Of a stretch of DNA of 64,000 nt, positions 25,101 through 38,048 are shown in pieces. Position numbers and translations under genes: made by a program. Under the pieces are notes generated by a model. The model searched no databases. It saw only the letters and a program-made list of their open reading frames with translations, and had not been told where the DNA came from. The stretch comes from Hormiphora californensis. Taxonomy: Eukaryota > Animalia > Ctenophora. The stretch spans positions 1,736,001-1,800,000 of the forward strand of contig CM035352.1 in assembly GCA_020137815.1 (NCBI GenBank), written 5' to 3'. Position 1 is the stretch's first letter; every line of letters begins with the position of its first letter.

Positions 25101-28100
25101 TAATTGGAGGAGCATTGTCCTATTCTCATTTCTTTCATTAAAAGTTTCAAATAAGGCCTGTTTTGTACAAGGATCGAATGAGAACAGCGGTTAAAGCGGT
25201 TACAGCATTGAATAATAGTTTGATGAATTTATGTTCCCCGGCCCAGATTTTGACTGAACCGTGAGCAAATAAATCACGTACATTGGTCATACTATCTCAC
25301 ATACGGTCTCTGCGATTTTAAAAGAAACAAATAATTCAGTAAAGCCCCTACTGTAACTAAATTATTATTCATTAGTTTCCGAACAAGTTGTCCCATTGTT
25401 AACTAACTAGTTAATTAACCAGCCTCACCTTTCTCAGGTCCCGAACAAGAGATAGCAAGTCCATGGGATGTTACCCCGATCAACCTGGACCATCTTCCCA
25501 ACTGTAGTGGGAGTTTGTTAGTAATCTGTGCTGCAGGGACCCATCAACTGTGGGGCTACGCTCTTACTGACGTTGATATTAAAATGCGAGGTAGGTCCCT
25601 TATTAGCATATATTATAGTTAATGATGAGATGAGCAGGATATGTGGTAGGGTGGTTCCCTTCGTGGGGTGACGCTCCTACTCAGCTACTCCTTTAGCATT
25701 ATAAACGGCCAGTTTATTATTTTTGGCGGTTTTGGTATGCTCGTGAGTCGTGATATTTTAAATATGCTCATGATATTTTAAATATGCTCATGATATTTTA
25801 AATATATGCGAGGTAAAGATAAAGAGCCTGTTTAGTTATTGTGACATTTAGTCATTTAAATATTAGAATGCGAGCTATAGATAAAGAGGTAGCTTGTCCG
25901 AAGCTAATGGGATTGGGTATTTCGTCTCGTTTGACATAATAACGTCGGATTTTAACGTACTCTGTTCCCCATAACTACTCGAATTACCGTCAAAAAGAGA
26001 ATATTTTAAGAAACTACCGTAAGTTGGGGTAACTTTGTACCACTTTTTAGCATTCTCCTAAAATAATTCCTTGCCAGAACCACACTCGAAAATTTTTGAA
26101 CCAAATAATCCCGTTCCAGACCCAGTACACCAGATATAACTAGTGAAATTTTCGGTCCCCTCTCATTTAATTAGATTAATTAACGTGTACTTTAGTGTAA
26201 GTGGAGTTTTAGGGCATGGGGTAACTTTGGAATCGGGGTGGGGTAACTTTGGACACATTTTGCAATGACAAATAAATGAACTTAAAATGTTTAGGTTTTC
26301 GATATGAGCGTTTGTAGAGTTGCCTTAGACCCTCTCTGACTTGTTTAGGACCATATGACCAAAATTCAGCCCAATCCACGCCCGTTTTCATCCATCTATT
26401 CGCAAAGGTAGTAAATAAACGAGGATTTGGTCTATTTTATGGAGCTAAATCTCAAACAACCGTCCTAAAACACATAAACTTCAATAATTTGGGGTCCCTC
26501 ATCCACCCTCTAGCTTGGTAGGTGGTATTGGCTCCCTAGGCGGCAGTATTAGTTCTTTTTACTGAATTGGACCGCCAGTAAGTGGTCCACTAATATGGGT
26601 ACTGGCTAAATAAAGGAGTTTTGCTGCCTGTGTTCCTGCATAGATTGTCCACAAGAACTAATACACTCGCATAGAGGGTCAATACCATCTACCAAGCTAC
26701 AGGATGGAAGAGTGAACCCAAATTATTGAAGTTTGATGGGTTTCAGGTCGGATTTCTGTGATTTAGCTCCATGAAGTAGAACACATTTTCTGGTTTATTC
26801 ACTACCCTAGCGAATAGATAAATGAAAATGGGCATGGATCGGGCTGAATCTTGGCAAATGGTTCTAAACAAGTCAGTGAAGGTTTAAGGCGACTCTGAAG
26901 ACATCAAAAGATCAAAACCTGTAGTATGGGGTAACTTTGGCACCCCGTCCAAAGTTACCCCAAAATTCAAAATATGGCGGGGTAACATTAGCCACCCCAA
27001 TTAGTCTCAATTAAAGTAATTGATCGGGTTTGAAAAATGGTGCCCCGAATTATTTGATCGAAACCCTTCCACTCTATAGAGCAAACTTGATTCGGTCATT
27101 TCCCCGGTCAGATCTATGGTACCCATTTTGATTTGAACATTTTTAGCGAATTTGACTTCAATTATGTTTGACCCTAATTAGGAGATAGTTAGTAAAGGCT
27201 TGGAAAAAATAATTGTACCATTAGGTAGAAATTTATGGGTCAGTTACTTGTACACCAAAATTTTTTTCCAAATCTCTCGTTATCTGTTGGTAATTTTGGA
27301 TTAAAGCCAAATTTTGAAAGTGTCCAAAGTTACCCTGCAAACCAAAGTTACCCCAGATTACGGTATAATGCAGATGGTGACATTTAAATGTCGCTTTCAG
27401 AATATATAATAATCCTTACTCAACTTTCCCTCAATTCTGCCAACTATTATGGCGTAGTAACTTCCTCCCCTCGATCGCCTTCCCCCTCACTGTTACAGAG
27501 AAGATTAGAACAGTACTAACTTCCTTCCCTTGATCCCCCCTGCTGGTCGCTGATTGGCTGATAACCAGTCACGTGACCTAAATAACGAGTTCTGATTGGT
27601 TGTTAAGAATTGGTCAGAACAGTAACTTCACAGGTAATTTGACTGTGAAAAAAGAGAAATGCACCGCGTGGAGGCTAGCTGGTGATGGAAAGGAGATGAA
27701 TAGAAACAACACGTACGCTGAAAAAGCATCCTTCGCTCAGCCGTCAGGTTTCTATCTTTGTTGAATATTTGAGGTGGGAGCCGGGGGGTCAAAAATCGAT
27801 ATTTTTCTTCTCCAACTTTCTTTCCTCTCGACCCTCTGTGAAAGGGTAAACGAAATAAGATGCGTATTCTAAAATCCCCTATTCTGCTATCCTAACTCTC
27901 CCCACAAAAAACTGGGTAAATTTAGCGGATGGTTATACAATATGGGCCTCAAACAAGTAACACTTTCCCAGGAGTAACATTTGATGGTAAAGACACTCTC
28001 TACATAGCTGATGCTGAGGGGAGTGCCATTAGAATGGTCAGTTTGCCATCCTTCGGGGTCAAGAATGTAGCTGGTGGGGGACTCGATCCTACTGATCTCT

Positions 28101-31100
28101 TTTCTTATGGAGATGAAAACGGAAAAGGTTCGTTGTGAAATGACCGTATTATATTGGTATCAAAGACCCCTCACACTCTGGCAAGGGGTAACTTCGTAAC
28201 CAACGTATTATAGTGTTCGGGTTCGGTCAGCGAGTCAAGTAATGTACTTACTTTTTATTTACTTTGATTGATTATTTTTCTTCAAACTACGACAAAAAAA
28301 TGGTGACCCTCTGCCGTAGAAAATGATATAGGTATAAGTCACAGTTGCAGGAGTTAAAATTTGCGGGAGGGCCGGATGCTCTTCACCAATTATTGTATTC
28401 ATACACGTCCTCATATTCTCTCTGCCCAACTCAGATCACATGTTTCAGGAGCTGGGCCCCGGTTTCAACACCCTCTCGATGTAGAATGGATGGGGGACGG
28501 AGTAGTGACAGTAGCTGATTCTTACAACCACAAATTGAAATCAGTCAAGCAACGGTCTACATTCGATCTCTGCCAGGGTAGGTGATCGATCAAGTCCTAA
28601 TTTTGCTAGAACAGTGCCCCCCTCCCGAACAGAGCGCGAACATCTATGTTCTGGAGGAGCGTGCTACGTGCACGACCCCTGATTATATATGCATCTAAGT
28701 TGTTGAGTAGTGTCTGTGACTGTGTTGACTGTGACCTATTGTCGAGTTACTCAGTTACGCAGTAACTGGTATCAGGAACAATCTAACAGTCACGATCTAT
28801 TGACAATATGAGATCATGAAACTATTAAACTTCTTCCCATTAAAAAAATCACTTCCTCCTCCTCGTTAAATTAAATTAATATGGCCTCCTCTTGGCTCTT
28901 AGTTAGTATTATATTGACAGCGTCGCGACATGGTATGCAGATAACTGTGGAGACAGCTAAAATCCACCTCTCCCCCGCCAAATCGATTATCAGAATTTTG
29001 AATTGTCAAGCGAGGATAAGTGCATTTAATATTATTATATCATGAATATTTACTGATGATTTATTTTTCGAAAAAGTAATTCATCAGTTAACAAATCATC
29101 CAATAAAACTTTGTATCACCACCAGATCTAAACGAGCCTGGAGGGATCAGCTATGACAAGTACACGGGGTCTTTGTACATTGCTGATACTAATTCTCATC
29201 GAGTTCTCCGTCGCCACGACTCAGACGGGAAGGTCGAGGTATTGGATCTGAAGAAAGGACGACCAATACTATCATGTCCGGGAAACCCCGTTACATTCTT
29301 GAATACCAAGGTACGATATATATTGCGAACGAGATTTTTGAGGTTGCCACCAGGTAGATCCGGTAGAATCGATCGGTGGATCGGTTCATGCTCTGCAAAG
29401 GCTACAGATGGTTTGAACTTGAAAGCCTTTCACCATTCCAACGACTCAAGTTGAGTCGTTGGAATGGTGAAAGGCTTTCATGGCTAGATATAACTACGAT
29501 CCATTAGATTAATGGATTAATGCACTATATATACTGCCGCTCGTTTGTTCTAGGGAAACATGTTGTTCCCTGCACCCCCTTATACTCAACAAGAAAGTTA
29601 TTGTGAGATAATCTAGTGGGTGGTCTACACGTACAAATATACTTTGCAGGTGTATTGGTAATGTTTCACGGTATATTTGGAGTTTTATCCATCAACAACG
29701 ACAGCATTTTTTGGCATTTAGCCTGGGCTCTCTAATCATATATGATACAGTCGGACCCCGATTTAGTGGCATCCTCGGGGGGGGGGGGGGGGGGGGGGGG
29801 GGGAATCCTGCCACTAAATCGGGGTTCCACTAAATCGGGGTCAAATAATGTTAATTTCCTATATTGGGGGGGGGGGGAATCCTGCCACTAAATCGGGGGC
29901 CACTAAATCGGGGTCCGACTGTATATAATGGGGGGGGGGGCCAAGGCCAAAAAAAGCCAAACCCGCCCTGAAATCCGGGTCTGATCTGGCTTTTTTTGGC
30001 TTTTTTTGATCTGGCTTTTTTTGGCTTTTTTGATCTGGCTTTTTTTTGGCTTTTTTTGATCTGGCCTTTTTTGATCTGGCTTTTTTTGGCTTTTTTTGGC
30101 TTTTTTTGATCTGGCTTTTTTTGATTTAGCAGTTTTGATCTGGCTTTTTTGGCTTTTTTTTGATCTGGCTTTTTTTGATCTGGCTTTTTTTGGCTTTTTT
30201 TGATCTGGCTTTTTTTGGCTTTTTTTGATCTGGCTTTTTTTGGCTTTTTTTAATCTGGCTTTTTTTATATCAAACTTTTTTCGGTATAAATTTTTTCCTT
30301 AACGATATAAAATGGTAAAACTAGATCAAAGAAGCCATTTTAAAGTTTTTTTAATGTCAAACAGACCATATAATGTCAGAATTACATGCCAAAATGACCA
30401 AAAAAGTAGGGCCAAAAAAAGCCAAAAAAAGCCAGACCCGCCCTAAAATCCGGGATTGATCTGGCTTTTTTTGGCCTTGGCCCCCCCCCATAATATTTCG
30501 CGACATCCCACGTAAAATGTAAATACAACACGTTTCTGAAAGGTTATTAAAAAATAAATATTTAGTTATAATCTCTATAGCAGGCCCATAAACTTTTCCT
30601 AACTAACAACACATCAATGAATTATGAAACCTAAATAAACCCGTCTTTTTATTTCCCATTTCCCTTCATTAAAATCATTTCCTCTCTTGTTGATAGGAAG
30701 TGGACTCGATAAAACTGTTCATCCGAGCAAGAGATGGCAGGCAATTAAATCTAGAGGAGAGTGGTATTACTGTCAAGTGTTATCGGGGAATATCGACTGA
30801 AATTAGTGAACTCAATCTCTCTAGTGAGGTTTCGCTACAGTTTAGTAGAGTTGGTGAGGTTGATGGGTGTTCTGCAGTTGATCTTGACTTCAAGGTAAAG
30901 TACTCCTTCAGCTGCTTCTCAACAATTGATAAAATAGCACCTTACTTTTAGATAGGATTTCCCCTTGTACATTGGGTAACGAAGCGTTCCCGTGATTACC
31001 CAGAAGTTTCGTTCTTGAATTTTCATAACAAAAGATACGGGAACGTCCTCACATTTCCACCCCCCCCCCCATTACTTACCCCTACTCAACAACTCAATAC

Positions 31101-31265
31101 CCCCCCCCCCCCCATTTTGATTTAGTTTTACCACTTACTCCCCTCTGTCAGGTTATATCATGCTCTGAGGAGGGTACGTGTCATGTAGATTGGAGACGAC
31201 ACAGAATAAACATCTCAGCAGACCATGTCCCAAATAATGGAGCTATTCATCTGACCTTACCTTAG
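22179..31265 (+). CDS. NHLRC2: NHL repeat-containing protein 2 (thioredoxin-like + NHL propeller), multi-exon
   Basis: [116 protein letters not shown]; stop 31263-31265. Confidence 0.93.
23933..24492. repeat. 51-bp tandem repeat x11 spanning an NHLRC2 splice donor
   Basis: Unit tgtagcagtagtccaccaccgtggtggggaggatgggtcacatatcaggta; CAG|GT every 51 bp from 23981 to 24491. Confidence 0.95.
26017..27363. mobile_element. Non-autonomous Tc1/mariner-pogo-type element in NHLRC2 intron
   Basis: TA|CCGTAAGTTGGGGTAACTTTG ... CAAAGTTACCCCAGATTACGG|TA; internal inverted repeats. Confidence 0.8.
29420..29480. repeat. Perfect 61-bp palindrome (30-bp arms, 1-nt spacer)
   Basis: tgaaagcctttcaccattccaacgactcaa-g-ttgagtcgttggaatggtgaaaggctttca. 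Confidence 0.95.
29748..29921. mobile_element. CAGTCGGACCCC-family MITE
   Basis: Same TIR as 8983-9050, TA flanks. Confidence 0.85.
29930..30489. mobile_element. TIR element with poly-G/poly-C termini and internal GATCTGGCTTTTTT arrays
   Basis: GGGG..CCAAGGCCAAAAAAAGCCA / TGGCTTTTTTTGGCCTTGGCCCC.. inverted ends. Confidence 0.7.
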
Positions 31266-31665
31266 CTGTCACCCGTTCATTTAGGACATCAATTGTAGGC
31301 GACCACTATGGCCATGGATGCCCATATATGGTGTTTGTGTCACGTGATGCCCGTATATGGTGTATGTAGCGTACAAAAATCATATCAATCCGAGGAAAAT
31401 GCCACTTTGTTACTATTCGTGTTGAATACTTTTTACTGATTATTAACATCTTTTTTCTCTCCCTTTCTTTCAATTATATTAATTAGACATCTGTAAGAAA
31501 TTGGTTTTATGAATTCTTTTTACCGTTTGAAGTTTTTTTCCGTTAAAATTGTTACACTTCTTTTTCCTGAGCCTGAAAACCCCGATCCAAACTAACCTAA
31601 CTTTGTTCAGTTCGGGCTTCCTAGCTGTTTTAACCCCCCCCCTCCTATCCCCCAAAATATCTACA

Positions 31666-31776
31666 CCCTAACCAATAGCAATTATTATCCTAGCTAATAT
31701 CTAAAACCTAACCAATAGCCATTATATCCTAGCTAATATCTAAAACCTAACCAATAGCCATTATATCCTAGCTAAT
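31666..31776. repeat. ~42-bp tandem repeat x3 ending at the OPRT start codon
   Basis: cctaaccaatagccattatatcctagctaatatctaaaa units; the last reads ...cctag|ctaat-ATG. Confidence 0.85.
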
Positions 31777-33516
31777 ATGTGCAGTCGAGGGAGTGTGAAC
31801 AAGGTCGAGTTTGTGAGGTCGCTCTACCGACATGGTGCAATCAAGTTTGGGGAGTACAAACTAAAAAGTGGAATCATGTCACCAGTCTACTTTGACCTTC
31901 GCTGCCTTGTCTCTCTCCCAGGTACTGTCACGTGATGCTCATATATGGTGTTGTGTGTGTCACGTGATGCCCATAAATGGTGATTCTGATGTTGTTTATT
32001 GAGGAAATTTTTGTGCTTTACAAACGTTACAAAAAAGTTGTACGAACTCCGCCTCCCCTCTCCCTAGCATTTTGCTTTTAGTTTAATCGTCTCTGCGGTA
32101 ATGTAAGGCCAGAAAGCGAAGACACAGTCGCGTCGATAAGCATGACATTGTGCCAGGTTGCACTTCAAATTGACTGCACCCCTCCGAAACTTCTCGTGCC
32201 CAACACTTTAACTCAACCTATCAATCTGTCGACAAATCATTAATGGTTAAATGATATTATATGTTGAAAGATAAGCTGTAGTTAACTCGCCCAACGGTGC
32301 AGATTGTGAAGTGAAGGGTTATGTGTTTATGTCCCCACACCATCTCCTTCCCAGTCACGCATAACCTCCTGAACTTTAACATTATGTATATAATTTTTAT
32401 ATAATTTAACCAATCCACTCTCCCCATCAGCGCTTCTCCGAGATGCCTCGACCCTTCTCCATGCCGCTGCTCAGGGGATGGACTATGCGTGTATTTGTGG
32501 GGTCCCCTATACCGCCCTGCCAATTGCCACGGTTATATCAGTAGAACATGATATACCAATGGTAATAAGGAGGAAGGAAATGAAGGATTATGGAACAAAG
32601 AAGATGGTTGAAGGTACGTTTTTAGGGGGTAACATGTAACATTTTGTAACATGGTTCCCATGGTTGAACTGAGTCACATTGCCATCGTTGTAAACGTGAT
32701 AAGTACCCCGAAAATATGAAATATATGATGTAAGCTTGTGCTGTTGCACCGCCCCCGCGCCCCCGGGCACTTTATAAAATAAAAAAATAATAGTATGAAC
32801 AATACAAATGTAAGCCTTCTCATTCTTGGTTCTTTCCAGCAACAATTTGTACAAAGTTTTTATTCCCAGCACTGCTACAGGTGTCAGCTCGACTAATGAT
32901 TTATTCCCCCATTGCAGGTATCTTTGAGACAGGTGACAGGTGCTTGATAATAGAGGATGTTATTACTACCGGGGGTAGCATTCTGGAAACTGTAGATGTC
33001 CTTCAAAAAGCAGGTATTATAACGGGGCATTACATAATGGTCTAGATCGATAATCAAAGAGGGTAAGGTTGACCGATTTGACACATTCCTATTTAACTAT
33101 ACTATTATATAACTAACCGTGGGCAATGGGCATAATCTCCATTATAATGCTGTCAAGTGTCAAATCATCGCAGTATATCATACTGATACAATGTCTCTCG
33201 CACCCCGATTTACCGGGCAAAATGGCTTCCACCGAGGATCCCGGTAAATCGGGGATCCGACTGTTACACCAGATATAAGAATATTGATTGCCTATTCCCC
33301 TCTCAGGTTTGACCTCCTGTGATGGTGTAGTAGTTGCTTGACAGACAGCAGGGAGGCCAGATAAACCTCACCAACAACTCCTTCAATATCCGGAGCGTGT
33401 TCAACATTACCGAGATATTGGATCTCCTGTTGACTGCCGGGGATATTACCCAGGATACGGTGGACAAGACCATCGCATTTGTGAACGAGAACCAGCTGTT
33501 CAAACAGGGATCCTAG
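31777..33516 (+). CDS. Orotate phosphoribosyltransferase (UMPS N-terminal domain only); exons ~31777-31921, 32431-32612, 32918-33013, 33307-33516
   Basis: [73 protein letters not shown]; stop after the domain; one +1 frameshift at ~33333. Confidence 0.88.
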
Positions 33517-33660
33517 ACAATGATCTAATCGGGGACATTTTTCTGTGAGAATTATAGAGGCTTTTTTAGAGGAAAAATGTAATATCTGAGTTCGGGATGT
33601 GTGAACGTGAAAACGTGTCTTTTTTTACGGGTACGACCACTTTTTATCATTTTTATGCCC

Positions 33661-36093
33661 GGGGGGGTCGTCATGTTAATGTTAATGTTTCATGAAAATT
33701 TTTAAAATGTTAACATTAACATTATTAACATTATTAACATTATTAACAAAAAAAAGAAGCTTTTTTAAGTCTTTTTGAAGCTTTTAATCCCGCTTTAATA
33801 GATCATTTGCGTTATTTTTGACAATATTATACGTACTACCCATCCAATCAAAACTGATATACAGTCGAACCCCGATTTAATGGCCCCCGATTTAGTGGCA
33901 GGATTTTTTCCCCAAAAATTTTTTTGAATTTTTTTTGAGAATTTTTTTTGAATTTTTTGACCCGCCACTAGTGCGGTAATATGACGAAAATTTTTCGGCA
34001 TAATCGTTCTAAAGCTAATTCCACTTCTATGGTACTCTATAGGGTCCCTAGAATCAACCCCTGAAGTTGTCGCAAGATCGGCGATGAAGAACTTGCCTTA
34101 ATTTCACGGGTGCCATCTTGTAGGAAATAGCCAAGTTGTGGGGGGTCCACGTCGGACTATCTCCAACCGTTTAGCCGTTATTTGGTTTGCTCAAAATCGG
34201 GCTTTTTACCGTTTTTTGCTCATTTTGAGCACCTTTAAAGTGAGAGAGAACAGCCCCGATTTTGATGAAACTTGGTCAGAATAGTGTTTGGTGTCTAATT
34301 AGAAGTCAAAAAAATTTTTAGTGCTCAAATCCTAAATTTAGGATTTTTAGGTTTTTTAGGTTTTTCGGCTTTTATGGGTTTCAGGAACGTTCTAGAACAA
34401 AATGAATAAAACCATCTTTCTCGGCATTAAATTCTGCATCGATTATAGTGGTTGTAAACCTTTCTATGACGTAAGGTTCAGAAGTTATCGCGAAAAAGCC
34501 CAAACGGGTACATGTGTTAGGGGCGGGTTCATGTTTTAGGCTAACCGGCGAACCTCTAGTCAGAACACCATGTTATAGGGTGTCAATCGACGCGTATTGA
34601 TAAGGAGATCATATTAGTGAAAATTATTTTGATCTGCAATGTCTTTGTAACGAATGAAACCTAAAAAACCTCACCACATGTTTTAACCAAACGGGTATGC
34701 TTCATTCAGTAAGGTTTTTTAGGTTTCATTCGTTACACAGACATCGCAGATCAAAATAATTTTCACTAAAATGATCTCCTTATCAATACGCGTCGATTGA
34801 CACCCTATAACATGCTGTTCTGACAAGAGGTTCGCCGGTTAGCCTAAAACATGAACCCGCCCCTAACACATGTACCCGTTTGGGCTTTTTCGCGATAACT
34901 TCTGAACCTTACGTCATAGAAAGGTTTACAACCACTATAATCGATGCAGAATTTAATGCCGAGAAAGATGGTTTTATTCATTTTGTTCTAGAACGTTCCT
35001 GAAACCCATAAAAGCCGAAAAACCTTAAAAACCTAAAAATCCTAAATTTAGGATTTGAGCACTAAAAATTTTTTTGACTTCTAATTAGACACCAAACACT
35101 ATTCTGACCAAGATTCATCAAAATCGGGGCTGTTCTCTCTCACTTTAAAGCCAAATAACGGCTAAACGGTTGGAGATAGAGCTTAAAAGTCCGACGTCGA
35201 CCCCCCATAACTTGGCCATTGTCTACAAGATGGCACCAGTGAAATGTCTCTAAACCATTCCTAAGTGGCTACAGCCATATAATGGCCGAAAACGGCTATG
35301 TGCAGATCTAATTATCCAATTAACTAATTAACCAAATGAGATAGAGACTTAATTCCAGCACCTACCCCCACTAATGCGAGGACGCTGACCATTTTAGTGC
35401 CCTCGGTTTTGTCTCTACTCCTTTCCTAACATAGCTATAGCCATATGGCCAAAAACGGCTATGCGCAGAGCTGATTATCCAATTATCTGATTAACCAGAT
35501 GAGATAGAGACTTGATTCCAGCACCTACCCCCACTAATGCGAGGACGCTGATCACTTTAGTGCCCTCGGTTTTGTCTCTACTCCTATTTTAAGGGTATTT
35601 ATGGTTTTGGCTTCAGGCTGAAAGCACATTGTAACCAATCAGGCCCAATTAATGCAATTTCTTTATCGCCGATCTTGCGACAACTTCAGGGGTTGTTTCT
35701 AGGGACCCTATAGAGTATCCTAGAAGTGGAATTAGCTTTAGAACGATTATGCCGAAAAATTTTCGTCATATTACCGCACTATTTATACATTAAACTGGTG
35801 TTCTTTACTCGTATACCCCTCCTTTGTTATAATGACCCTTTTCTTACCTCAAAACCTTTGATGAAATCCAAACAATTATCCTAGCTATGAAATATCTGCC
35901 ATGGGAGATAGTGAGTTTATGATAGAAACACCTAAACACACCTAAAAACACATAAAACAGCTATAAACCGACTAAAAACATCTAAAACGCGATTTTTGTT
36001 AATTTTGTTAATTTTGTTAATTTTGTTAATGTTTCACCAAGGGTCGTTTGTTAATTAACAAAACATTAACAAAATTAACATGACGACCCCCCC
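33661..36093. mobile_element. Non-autonomous TIR element with 8-bp TSD (Merlin/MULE-like G-rich ends) carrying nested insertions
   Basis: ttatgccc|GGGGGGGTCGTCATGTTAAT...ATTAACATGACGACCCCCCC|ttatgccc; a truncated CAGTCG-family MITE begins at 33862. Confidence 0.85.
33969..35781. mobile_element. Nested foldback element with TAG...CTA termini
   Basis: tagtgcggtaatatgacgaaaattttt mirrored at 35755-35781; near-perfect arms ~34230-34670 vs ~34712-35150. Confidence 0.8.
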
Positions 36094-36209
36094 TTATGCC
36101 CTGTCATAGTATCACATTTAACTTATTACAACTCTGTTATTCTGTTGTTTATCGAATTGTTTGGGAAGGGGTTAATCTTTCATCTCAAAATATATGCTTT
36201 CCCCAACGC

Positions 36210-36212
<3 letters not shown>

Positions 36213-36287
<75 letters not shown>

Positions 36288-36315
36288 GAGAGAAAGAGAG
36301 AAAGAGAGAAAGAGA
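36213..36315. repeat. (GA)n microsatellite
   Basis: Directly visible. Confidence 0.95.
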
Positions 36316-38048
36316 TAATAGGAGGAGGCCGCGGGATTCTTGGACGCAAATCAAACTAGAGGCAGTCATTTAATAGTGTATTTCTCTGTTCATCAAATCT
36401 ATTCTCCAGTCTGGACTAGAATTGCATTTGAACAGCCTTGTGCTTTTCTAAATTAAACCTTCTTGGCTATCGTCCTGTTATAGGGGCCTCCTCTAATATC
36501 TAAAACATGCTTGTCCCTGATTCCCAATCATGCGTGTCTGCTGTCTGGCAGCGCCAGATCCCCGTTTGATTCCTCAGTTTCCAGTGAGCCGATCTGATCA
36601 GAGTCAGATCGGGTTGGCTCCGCCAGACAGCTCGTGTCTGACCAGTGTGGCGGCGCCGAACCGATCTGAGCTGAGAGCACTGTCTGAGAATAAGGACGGG
36701 GTCTGGCGACAGAAAAACACCATCTGCTTGACAACTGTGTGTAAGAGTGCGCGTGATTGCGCGATCTCCTCCACCAGACGGAAATCGCGCGTTACGCAAA
36801 ACACCGCCGTGTGTAATGAGTTGTTTGTGACATACAGTGTGCCACTGACATGCAGCTGTGAGATGCACGTGAAATTGTAACGGCTCATGTGAATGAGCCT
36901 GCAGAGTATGTAATAATGATCCACATAAACATAAGAAAGGGTTGAGTGGTCTGGGAAAATCGTACCAAACCGTTCCTGCAAAAGCGGGGAGACGGAGAGC
37001 AATTAGTGATCGGGTCCGGTTAACCTGTTACCCGACTTGAACTTCCTTTTTTGCCAAAATCACGTCTGTACTCCTCACAATTCATTGACGTAAGAGTGTG
37101 AGTACTTGATTTTCTGTTTTTAATCTCTAAGAGAACGCTGGGACACTGACACCCCAACGAAAATTGCTTTGGGTGGAATGAAATTAAAAATCGACCAGCC
37201 TTTCTCAAAATTCACACCATCTACTGATTTCATCTAATCCATCATCTTCTATTTAGGGAGGTATTGTCCTAACCAATCAATCATATATTCCACGATCCAC
37301 ACCTTTCTCTAAAATGATGTCCTCCTGCAGTTCCCACCCCTTATTACTCAACAAGTGCACCTTATTAAAATGGTCAGTTACCAACACCTCCCCTCCTTCT
37401 CCCTCCCCTTCTCCCCCCCCCTTCTCCCTTATTACATGGTGCAGCCAATCCCCGATATTGGAGCTGCCCGTTACACATGATATCATCTCACGGCGCTTGT
37501 TATTTGATTGCTTCAACATTCATCTGGGGAAGGACCGAGTTGTTTGTTCATTGGTGCTTCACCTCACCCTTCAATTTAATTGGACCACTCTTCACTATCA
37601 TATCAGCAGAATACTTATTCTGTTTAGAACAGGTAGCCACTAGCCATCATGGTAGTGGCCCCCTTTAGAGAGATACAAATAACAAACCTAGGATGCAATA
37701 CTCGGGATGTCAGAGACGGTTCCTTCATTTTAAGGGTACACCTCGGCGAAATTTTTGTCGAGTGCCCGCTTAGCTTTCCATATGGGGTTGTAGGGCATGC
37801 CAAGCCGACCTCAAATATGCAATTTTAGCGCTGAACTCGAATTCATATTCAGCAGGAGTTCTGTTGATATGCCAACCTTTAAACTTTAAGGAAAACTTGA
37901 AGCCAGCTCCAATAATTGATGCGGTTTTTCCAATGAATTATTCATTATCATTGCAATGAATAATTCATTGTTGATATTATATTGATGCAACTTTCAAATT
38001 CTCTCAGACTTGAGCTTCCTTAGAATCTTAGTATAGTGACAGCAAATA

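Noticed and set aside
36500-37002. Cluster of overlapping ORFs in a GC-richer patch
   Set aside because: No recognisable motifs or consistent splice structure; probably regulatory or repeat-derived
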